Positions 1 to 11,076 of a stretch of DNA of 64,000 nucleotides are shown piece by piece. The stretch is from contig JBHGNT010000003.1 in the NCBI GenBank assembly GCA_043228905.1, positions 22,382,001-22,446,000 of the forward strand. Reading direction: 5' to 3'. This stretch comes from Azolla caroliniana (taxonomy: Eukaryota; Plantae; Polypodiophyta). The notes beneath the pieces were generated by a model, which worked only from the letters and a program-made list of their open reading frames with translations, did no database searches and was not told the origin of the DNA. The first letter of the stretch is position 1, and every line of letters starts with the position of its first letter. A program made the translations under genes and the position numbers.

Positions 1-461
1 TTTTATTTGTGTTCCAAAAGAAAAATTGGAGCTAATCATCACTTCGTATGGATACATATATAATTAAAAGCTCACAACTTCAACATTCTCTACACCAAAA
101 AAGAAATAAAACAAGAATGACATATAAGGCGAGAGGGGGCCAGAAGACAAAAAACATCAGCATAATGTTAATATAACTAGTAGTGTGTGGGGCAAAGAAT
201 GTGACCTGAAGATGTGACCATGCTAACAATTGAACGAGCTAACAAAGATATCCATGAGACGGTATGTTGAGTCGATGCGTTGAGTCGATGCCTAGCATAA
301 GCTTCCTTTGCTTTGGCAATGCCACTACATAACGACTCGATCCGTAGGCATTGGCAATAGAAATCGGGTGGCCAACCCATGCCAAGGAGATCAACAATGA
401 CAAGACCATCAACAAGAGGGGGAGCTAGAGAGAGCATTGTCCATGTGAATGAGACACACTT

Positions 462-700
462 ACACATGTATAGAAGCCCGAGATCCTAGCAATTCGGGCT
501 TATGTATGTAATCGTGGATTTGGACACATACGCATCCAAACACACATACACACATGATACGTTAAAATCCTCAGGTTAATTAGTGTAACACATGTACAGA
601 AGCCTGAGATCCTAATTATCGGCTTCTGGATGTAACTGTGGATTCAGACACATAGGCATGCACACACGATACCTTAAAATCCTCAGGTTAATTAGTGTAA
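462..700. repeat. Two-copy tandem duplication (~115-125 bp unit) upstream of PPO, followed by (AAT)n and (TTC)n microsatellites
   Basis: The unit ACACATGTA..GAAGCC.GAGATCCTA...TTAAAATCCTCAGGTTAATTAGTGTAACA occurs twice head to tail; (AAT)n at ~706-739 and (TTC)n at ~842-864. Confidence 0.8.
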
Positions 701-888
701 CAAAACAATAATGAATAATAATAATAATAATAATAATATAGCTTTACCTTTGAAGTCAAATATGAAGATAACTTTCCCATTGCTAGTGTTAATGATTTAT
801 AATTAGATCTAAACATCAAATGAATGAAATTGGATGTAAATTTCTTCTTCTTCTTCTTCTTCTTTCCAAATAACAATAAAATCCTTCA

Positions 889-3800
889 ATGGACTTGAGC
901 AACAGTCTGTTACCCCCTCCTCCTCCTCCTCCCTCCGGAACAAACCCTAATATTAACCCTAAATTTGGCTGGGGAATTCCTTTTCCTACATTTGGCCACT
1001 CAAGCCCTACAGCTGGGCAGGTAAACCCTAATCCTAACCCTACAATTGGCCAGATAGGTATTGACCCTAAATTGAGCCAGATAAATCCGAACCCTGAATT
1101 GGGCAGTAGAAACGCTCACCGTAAACCAGGACAAAGAAACGAAAACCCTAAATTCGATTGGATTAACCCTAACTCTACTAACCATAATCCCAACCCTAAC
1201 CACAAATATGGCAGGGAAAACCCTAACGCTACGCCTAAACCTAAATCCGGCTATCGAAACCTCGTTCCCACGCCAACATCAGATCGACATCAGAAGGCGC
1301 ATTGCATTGAGATCCACGCCAATCAACCCCCATATTCTTCTTCTCCATCAACAGAGCAGACACAGAGCAAAGAATTCTACGAGTGTGTTATTGTTGGGGC
1401 AGGGATTTCGGGATTATGCACAGCTCAGGCTTTAATTACAAAACATGGTTTTGACATCAGTCGACTTCTCATTACTGAAGCTAGGGATAGAGTCGGTGGT
1501 ACTATCTCTACTGTTCAGAGAGGGGAGTATCTATGGGAAGAAGGACCTCATAACTTTCAGCCCTCTGATCCATTGCTTACGATGGTGGTATGTCTTTTCT
1601 CATTTTTATTTTATGATGATTGTGTGTGCATAGTTTTATTTATTTGATTTGATTTCTATTACAATATTTAGTTTTTATGCTGATTGTCTGTGTGCATATA
1701 TCGAAGAATTCAGAAACTTTAAATTTTTTGATTAGTAAGAAGTCTTAGGGTTTTTAATCCCATTGTGATTCCCACATTTGCTTTGAGTAGGAGTTACTGA
1801 TATTATGAGCTTTTGGCGGTGAGCAGAGGAATTTCTCACATATAAAAAATGTATAATTCTTCATCTGAACTTATTTTTGTGTAGGATGGCACCATCAGAA
1901 CTTATAAGAATTGAATAAACACAAAGTTTTACGGAGAGAAAGAAAGAAAAATATATTGACTCTTAAGTTAGTAAGTTGCCTGTGAGAGTGAACAAGAGAT
2001 TGTGTATGAAAATGTTTTCTCATATTGGAGAACAACAAATGCAAGATCAAATGATCAATGAAGAGAAATGGATAGCCACAAATTAGGCCATCATCCTTAG
2101 CCCCTTTGACTTTTGACATCACCTCTGAGAAGTAATGAAAGGCCCTTATTGCGTATTTTACACCATCCCGATACTTTCTCCGCACCTTCTTGTCAAGAGG
2201 AATTTTCCTAGGCTTACTTAATTAAGGTCAAATCCTGTCCCACCAGAAAGCAATAGCCCACCCCTGGTGTTGAGCATTTCGATTACAGAACCAACTAACT
2301 TAACATTAGAATGACGCTTAACTTATCCTAAGACAATAGGCCATCATCCTTAGCCCCTTTGACTTTTGAAAGGCCCTTATTGCGTATTTTACACCATCCC
2401 GATACTTTCTCCGCACCTTCTTGTCAAGAGGAATTTTCCTAGGCTTACTTAATTAAGGTCAAATCCTGTCCCACCAGAAAGCAATAGCCCACCCCTGGTG
2501 TTGAGCATTTCGATTACAGAACCAACTAACTTAACATTAGAATGACGCTTAACTTATCCTAAGACAATAGCTTCTTGTTTAGATCCATTGGAAGTATCCT
2601 TAGTCCTCTTGATATGCTTAACATTCCCCCCCAGTGATGATGAGCTGATCCACATAGAGCACAACTAATAGTAGTTTCCAGTCTCATTTACAAATTTTGG
2701 CTGAGTAGTAGAGATTACTTGATTAATTAAATCTTCAATAACCCAGGATGTGTCCTCTAGAACTGTCATGGATATCAAACCTTGGATTATTCTCAGCCAG
2801 ATTCCAATGTTATATAGACAACAAGAGGTTGAAATTAAGATGTCTAACATACATGGGATGCATAAGAAGTTTTTTTCTATGATTTCTATGCTTCATTAGG
2901 ACCAGCATCACGAACTTCTGCAGGTGAACCGGAGAATACCTAGCTACATATAGTCAGACGGATGGGAAGGTTGAAGTTAAGAATGTTTGATATACATGGA
3001 AGGAATTAGGAGTAAGCAATAAGGCTGGTTAGCTATTTAGAATCATTTCTGTCAAACAAGTAAATTATGTAGTGCTTCTATTTAATTCATTGGAGTTGGA
3101 ACTGCAAAGTTTGAATGCTTTAGGGTTATACCCAAGTTTTTTCACACATCCAACCCACCAACACTTTATGAGTGTCAAAACTCGATGGTGTATTTTGTAC
3201 ATGCTATTTTATTTTGGAGTTTGTGATCACTGATTATGAAGATATAAAGCCTGTTCGAATTCCACATCTTACATGTCTTAAGTTTATTTTGTTTCTCCTC
3301 TTCAATATTGGTAATTAACTTGTATTGCTCCATATTTTGCATATCTTAAATTTATTGTCTTTCTCCTCTTCATTATTGGTAAGATAAACGCTTAATTTGT
3401 GTTGCCCCACATTTTACATGTCTTAACTTTCTCCTCTTCACTTCAGTTAAGATAAACTCTTAACCTCGTATCCTAGTCCTTAATGTCACATAAAGCATGG
3501 TAGTTGGTTCTCAACGTGTTTTTGTGGCTTATTCTACGTGTTTGTTTATATTTTCGAATGTATGAACTATATGCCACATCTGATATTGTGTTTTTTTTCC
3601 GGAAACAGGTTGATGCTGGCCTAAAGGATGAACTTGTTCTTGGGGATCCAATGGCCATGCGTTTTGTTTATTGGCAAGGGAAGTTAAGACCAGTTCCATC
3701 AGGACCTACTGATTTACCTTTCTTTGATTTGTTGAGCATTCAAGGAAAACTAAGAGCTGGTTTGGGTGCTCTTGGCATACGTCCTCCTCCACCCGTAAGG

Positions 3801-6800
3801 ACATCAAATACTATAGATAACCTAGTTCAGCATTGATGACCTTTAATGCAAACTCTATGAATTTCAATGCATGTAAGGTGACCAGATTTATATTGGGATC
3901 ATAGGGATATGAAGAATCAGTTGAGGAATTTGTCCGTCGTAACCTTGGGGCTGAGGTCTTCGAAAGATTAATTGAACCTTTTTGCTCAGGTCAAATGTTT
4001 TAATCAATATCTTCAGTATAGTCCATATTGTTTTGTTTGCTTGTAAAAATAAATCTGGAAAGTTTTTTGTTTCTAGGAACTGTAACAACATACCTATCAA
4101 TGGAAAACTTCTAGCTCAATTTGTTTCCAATTTACTTGTGTAGAGAATTCTGTTGAAATTTTATGACTTTGGTATAGGTGTCTATGCGGGAAACGCTGCC
4201 AAGCTGAGCATGAAGGCCACATTTGGAAGAGTTTGGAAGCTTGAAGATATGGGAGGAAGTATTCTTGGAGGAACTTTTAAACTCATTCAAAACAGAAATA
4301 ACATTCCAACACCTCCTAGAGATCCGTATGCTCCTAAATATCTTGATACATTTCTATAAGTCGGTAAAATTTACACCAAACCAAATGCTAACCTCTTATG
4401 CTTTTAAGCAATGGGAAGAAATATTGCTGAAAGAGTTATTATTTGTTGAAATGTACCTTTTTTCAGACCCATGTCTACAGTTCTTTTCCTGCAAGTAACC
4501 TTGAACCTAGTTTTCCAAAAAAGGTTGGAACAAGGAGAAAAATATCTCTAAGAGCTGTTTAGGGTTTTTTCAACCAATAATATGGGAAAGTCATGACAAC
4601 CTTCTTATTACTCTACAACTATATGACTATTGAATGTTAAACTTTTATAAATATCCTCGCTGAACCTATTCTTTCATCATATGTTATCGATGATATGCAT
4701 TGTATAGAAAGTCAATTTATGTTTGGGTGAAAAGACATATTCATCAGTGCCAATTATACAATTGTATATTTTGATAACCAAACATTTTTGGCTTACCAGA
4801 CGGTTACCTACAGTAAGAGGACAAAATGTGGGATCATTCCGAAAAGGATTGATAACACTACCAAAAGCCATCGCTGAGAGGTAAGGATATATGCTGATGC
4901 AAAAAAAATTCCTTTGTATTGTATTGTTTGTATTGATTAAACTAAATGACATCGTTATCTTCTTGAACTAAACTTGTCAGATTAGGCAATAGTGTCAAAC
5001 TCAATTGGACACTCGAGTCTGTGCAAGCTGCATCAAGAGGTGGATATGAACTAATGTATAAAACTCCTGAAGGGCTGAAAACAGTTTTAACGAAAGCAGT
5101 TGTTCTCACAGTACCAGCATATGTTGCAAGTAAAATATTGCGACCATTATCTGTAAGTTATTCCATATTTCGGTTTAATCATGTTTTATCAAATTTCTCT
5201 TAGACGACAACACTCTTTATCATCATAAAATGAATGATAATGAGTAAACCAAAATAACAAATTTGAGCTACATCTAAAACAATGCATTTGACTCATTCAA
5301 ATAGTGTTATTCAAGAATTGAGTATAATTGAGATTCGGGTAGTTTTTTCATTGAATGATGCTAGAAACTTGCAGCCGACTCACTTTCAAAGTTTTCTTAC
5401 TCCCCATTGGCAACTGTAACATTGTCTTATCCGAAGTCTTCTATAAGGGAAGATCGTCTTGTTAATGGAGAGCTGAAAGGATTTTGTCAGCTCCATCCTC
5501 GCAACCAAGGAATTCAAACCTTAGGTAAGCTAACCGATTTTTCTTTTGAGAATATGGGGTGTGCAGGTTGCAAAATATTGGATGTTTGTGATTTTTATCA
5601 TAGTGAGTAATGTATGTTTGTTTACATAGTGAATCTCGGCATGTGCAACCCAAATTTCTTTATGACCACTTTCCATTGCAAGGAATTACGAATAAACTTT
5701 ATTGGCTTTCATTTCTTTTGTATAAATGGTTTTAGACCCTGTAAACAAAATCATGAAATTTTTATTGTCTATGATGTGATATTGAATGTATATGGTACAT
5801 GATTCCTTTTACGACCAGAACCCCCGGATTTTATGAACATTGTTTATGCAAGTAATATTCATCCCTTCGTTTTAATAGCATGAAGCATTGTATGCAGTGA
5901 TGTACTATTTAATGTTCAGAAACAAACTTATTCTTCATCTTTCACATATGCCTAATGTGAAACAAATAATCTTTTTACTTCATTTTTTGTAGGAACAATC
6001 TATTCTTCATCATTTTTTCCTGGTCGTGCTCCTTCTGGTCAGGTACTTTTGGTTAACTATATTGGAGGGGTTACCAACCCAGATATAATCAATATGGTAA
6101 GGCTTTCTTTTCAATAACATTACAATTCTGTTAATAGATCATAGATTCATATATTGATCCTACCATGGAAATTAGTGTCTTTCCATGAAAATAATGGGGC
6201 TTAACTTCTCTCACCTAACAAAAGATACAGCAATACTAATAATAGATCATACAATGATATGACACTATCATCATTATTGTGACTTACCAATCAATGTCAT
6301 GAAAATCTGTCACGTCTTATCAATCATTATAGTCACTTAATTATAGATCTCATGAAGAATTTATATCCTGTAATGATCAATAACATGGAAATTGGTACCA
6401 ATCATTATTGTTGCTTACTGGTTAGTCTTATGAAAATCATCGTGTAAAAAAGGTTGAGAGTGTACACTAAAGCACATTTGAAAAAAAAACGTTTTGAGCC
6501 TCAATTCTTTTAATGCATGGAACAGTGTTTGAGTGTGCACAGCAAGCATATTAATTGATAATGTTGGAATTTCAGACTGAAACAGAGCTTGTGAACCAAG
6601 TTGATAAAGATATCCGGAAAATGCTGATCAAACCTGATGCACCGAGACCAAAGGATCTGGCAGTGAGAGTCTGGCCAAGAGCTATTCCACAATTTGATGT
6701 AGGTCACTTTGACATCCTAAAGGATGCCCACAACGCATTAGATGATGCAGGTTTAAATGGTCTATTTCTCGGTGGAAATTATGTGCTCGGTGTCACCTTG

Positions 6801-6881
6801 AGCCAATGTGTTGACGGTGCATATGAATGTGCCCAATCCATCTCCCAATTCTCTGGGAAGGTATCATCAGTTCATAAATAA
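889..6881 (+). CDS. PPO1: Protoporphyrinogen oxidase, PPO1 (plastid)-type, divergent; 9 exons
   Basis: Exons by GT/AG sites and frame continuity: 889-1587, 3609-3794, 3905-3989, 4178-4325, 4800-4880, 4981-5152, 5365-5524, 5993-6096, 6576-6881. Motifs: FAD-binding VIVGAGISGL, EARDRVGG, WEEGP, EESVEEFVRRNLG, IEPFCSGVYAG, GTIYSSS, NYIGG, WPRAIPQF, LFLGGNYV. Confidence 0.93.
1960..2700 (-). mobile_element. Decayed Ty1/Copia reverse-transcriptase remnant in PPO intron 1
   Basis: Minus-strand translation gives VVLYVDQLIITG (~2620-2660; Copia LYVDDLIITG) and FDLAFVV (~2030-2055; Copia PDIAFAV), with many stops and frameshifts. Boundaries approximate. Confidence 0.6.
2084..2570. repeat. Near-perfect tandem duplication (~255 bp) with a ~22-bp deletion in copy 2
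   Basis: TAGGCCATCATCCTTAGCCCC...CCTAAGACAATAG starts at ~2084 and ~2337; copy 2 lacks CATCACCTCTGAGAAGTAATGA. Confidence 0.9.
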
Positions 6882-9800
6882 TTATACGTATAGAATGATA
6901 AAAATAAAATTCCCTTACAATCTCAACATAGAATTCCCATACACTCTTCGGGTATAAAAACCCCATACTATATTCACTTGGAAATTCCCAATCAATATTC
7001 AGAATAAAAATCCTCATGCAATCTTCAAATAAAATTAAAATGCGATCATCAAATGGGATCCACATAATTTCTTATAGTCAATAATAGATTCCGCTTCATT
7101 GTCACACGCAAGTGATAACTGAAGAGAGGATTGTAAGGCATTGGGGCATTTCTAAGTTGAGTCAGTATTCAATTTGAAGGAGCTGTTTATCAGATGTAGA
7201 GATTGATTCTCTCGAGACTCACTTTTGTATATTTATCCTTGTGGTCTTCAAATGCAAAATAATCTAAGATGCTGTTCAAAATTAATGAGGCAATGATTAT
7301 AATTCATTTGCTTCTCGCTTCATGGGGTCATTTGTTAAAGGTAATAACCTTTAAATGATCCACAACATTGTACCTCATTAACTGGAAATGCTTAGACATT
7401 GTGGGTATGTTCAAGTTGATATAGCTTATTGTGGTGGTACATCATTATGTAGCTTTCTATAAAGATTTAACATATGAACCCTACCCTTGGGTGTTGATGT
7501 TGTGAATACACATTTTTAGTTCACTCTGTGCTAAATGGTTCACAAAATCTATTCTCATTGAATTGGTCTACTTGCACTTAACCTCATGTAGCTCTATACA
7601 TGTGTTGTATGCACTTTTTTAATTCACAAATGTTTGTTTTGCAATATTATTTGGGGATGGATAGTGAGTATTAATGGGGGCATCTAGCTATAGTGTGTGT
7701 GTGTGTGTGTGTGACGTGTGTTTATAGAGAGATAAAAAGAAAGAAAGAAATATAAATGTCTTCTAAGAACAAATTTGGCCCATGAGACAATTGGTTACAA
7801 CAAAACGGGATGTGTACCCAATTATCGAAAATAAAAATAAAATAAATATAAATAAAAGAATTCTAATATTGTGCAAAAGATGTTATAGTGTAACATATAT
7901 AAAGGAAATGGCTATGTGCTAGGCCTAGTTTAATTTCCATCCAAGTCTCTCGGAAAGGTGGGGGAGGTCAAAGGGTTTCGATGTGGGTGTGGCCCGTGGT
8001 TTCAATCAATGTAAAGGTATCCCGACCATAGCTTTTAGGCATTGTAACTCACGTTCCCTTATCTTCTTAATTGCTTCTACACAATGAGTAACTTAGAGAC
8101 AAGGTATCCTTCAAGAAATTTCATTGGTTACATGTTGGTGAATATTTGAAAGGTCATGTGTACATTTGCCATATTTTTTTGGGTATTACTTGATTACGGT
8201 CCTCATGAGATATCAAAGTTTTACCATTCTCCTGGTTGTACCTAAGAGGAGGTAAGTTATTAATGTTTAGGGCATTTGCAAAAAGCCAACTTACCATAGT
8301 GTTATACCAAGGGCTAGTATTGTCAAACTCATAAAGTGATCGAGATGCCTCAAAAGCTTGACAAGATATCCTATCTTGTGATTGGCTATGTATCCTACTA
8401 ATAAAAAGTACAAGTTCAAAAAGTGCTTATAATAGCATAGGGGGTAAAGTGAACTCTGCTCTAATGATATCATGTGGCACTGTCAATTTGCTTCGAAGTT
8501 AACGTAAATGATTGACCTTGGATTCTCTCAATTTCAATAATGAGAGGAGGTCAATCTTTTATATGTATGTGTGGATATCTATTCTTGGTGAACATTTTAG
8601 ACCAAGTCTTTTTAAATTGTCAAAAATGGTAGGAATGAAGCATCAATCTTGCCAATGCCCACGTGATCACAGAAATTCTAACATATATATTTCATGTGAT
8701 GCCCACAAGTCATATCATATTATGCACAAACATTTTTACAACTTGTAAAAATTAAACATTCAATGACTATAGATTACCTCACGAGAGAGGTAATGCTTTT
8801 GTTTTTTGTAAAAGATACTTCCCATTAGTTAGGTAGAGTGTGTCATTACACAATGCACTCCAATCTGTACAGAAATGTTGCCTCAAAATTAATGAGGCTG
8901 AATTTCAGAAAACGATGGTGTACTACACCGATGGCTGTAGAAATTGGAGTGGATATACGTTGGCAGTATGTAGTACCGAGATGGTTGTTCTCCCTCCCAT
9001 TAGATGATAGAGGGGCGTGAATGACATGGAAACATAGAGAACAAACATGTTGGCTATTGAGTGTAAGATAAATAAGTGATGTAGCGCATGTGGAAGTAGG
9101 TAATGACTACCCGTTAAAGGGACTAAAGTTGTATATTGTATGTCATTTTAACTAATGGAGTATATTCTTATTTGGAAAAAAAAACATGTATAGAAATGTA
9201 ATTGTAGACAATCAACCACATTACCCCAGTATGTGATTAACATCCTGCAACATGTAAAATTTTAGAAAAATACCATGTACCTTCTTGGTTGGGTTGCCAC
9301 ATTGCCAAGGTGAAAATAACTATTTTGGCTTGGTGTAACACCACTTTGGCATGCCATCTTAATATGAAAATGCATCATCATATGTCAAATAATGGAGTTC
9401 TATATATCACTACACCAGAATTACTAAGTAAACATTGTGTCCCATAACTTCTTTTCCACAATAAAATTTGTTGCTACCACCAATGATATGCATACAAACG
9501 TATGACCTATCACATACACATATTGTAAGAGATAAGACAATCAATCAATGATGTTTTGACTTCGTAGTTTATATAAATTAGTAACTTTGGCCTAGTTCAA
9601 ACATGCGAACAACAGCCACCAAAAAAATATTTGTAATGGGACCTAAGGAGACTTGGACACAACATTCAATTTCTTGAGATGAATCGAATTTGTTTTAGGA
9701 TTTTAGGATGGTTTAGACAATAATTATGTAGTTTTGAGTTTTGACCCAATTCTGACAAATTCCGAAAGTATTTGTAATGTTACATGAGAGGGTATACGTA

Positions 9801-10079
9801 CATGCCATAATCAACCTTCCCCCAAATTGGTTTTCAATGTCATTGTGCCACATGAACAAGTTGTGGATATTTCTCTCTCCTACGATGCACTCAAGTTGTT
9901 TCCAAGGTCAACATTTAACTTTGATCCATTTGAGACAAACAAAACAACTTATTTGGGATAGGGACACAATGTTTTCTTGCATGAGATGCGCCCCAATTTG
10001 TATCCAAGGTCAGCATGTCACTTTTAGGGTGGGTTCAAGCAAACCAAATAACATTTAGTGAAAAAAACGAACTATTTGT

Positions 10080-10627
10080 AATGCATTTTGGAGAGATGGA
10101 GACACATGGTTGTGTTCTTGAGACATAACACGCACACGCATACAAACATTTTCTTTCTAGAGATGCACAGACACATTTAAGTATTTCTCAGGGCACACAA
10201 CACAAACAAGTCGTTTCTTTCCGGAGACGCACAGACACATTTGATTATTTCTCAGGGCACACAACACAAACAAGTCGTTTCTTTCCGGAGACGCACAGAC
10301 ACATTTGATTATTTCTCAGGGCACACGACACAAACAGGTTGCTTCTTTCCGGAGACACACCGATTTGGTTGAGGAGACACACACTCTTTAATGCATTTTC
10401 GAGACATGGAGACACATGGTTGTAGACATAACACGCACACGCACACAAACATTTTCTTTCTAGAGATGCATAGACACATTTGAGTATTTCTTAGGGCACA
10501 CAACACAAACAAGTCGTTTCTTTCTGGAGATGCACAGACACATTTGATTATTTCTCAAGGCACACAACACAAACAAGTCGCTTCTTTCCGGAGACACACC
10601 GATTTGGTTGAGGAGACACACACTCTT
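10080..10627. repeat. Higher-order tandem array (~59-bp units within a ~240-310-bp duplication) upstream of CCX
   Basis: Unit GGGCACACAACACAAACAAGTCGTTTCTTTCCGGAGACGCACAGACACATTTGATTATTTCTCA is repeated; blocks start at ~10080 and ~10390. (TG)n follows at ~10723-10748. Confidence 0.85.
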
Positions 10628-10718
10628 CCCCCCCCGGGGGGCGGGACATGGGCACTGGAATGGACACAAACACAGACACAGACATGCCGGTTTCCCAGAG
10701 CCATCGGAAGCCCAAGGT

Positions 10719-10749
<31 letters not shown>

Positions 10750-11076
10750 TTGTTTGTTTCACTTGTCTCTTTCTCTTTGTGTTTGATCCTCTTTGTTTTT
10801 CTCTCGTCTCTCACAATGATCATCATCATACACAATGGATGATGGGTTGGAGAAAGTGTTTTTCTGGCTACTTTTTACCCTAATCCTTTCTCCCATGGAA
10901 TCATGACCTAATTAATACCTCTGTCTCATCTCTTCTTCTTCTTCTTCTTCTTCGTCCTTCTCTCCTGTCAGATCGATCCCAATCTCTGCCTACTCCTCCA
11001 CCTCCTCCTCTGTCTCTCCATCCCTGCGTGTGTACTTCTCCGTTCTCCCTCATTTTGATGACGATCTTCTTCGTCA

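Noticed and set aside
177-467. 96-aa ORF as a gene
   Set aside because: No recognisable domain; the weak C..C..ES pattern may be a LINE zinc-finger relic but is too decayed to call.
7000-10000. Short ORFs between PPO and CCX
   Set aside because: AT-rich, with no motifs or consistent exon structure; probably intergenic or ancient TE debris.
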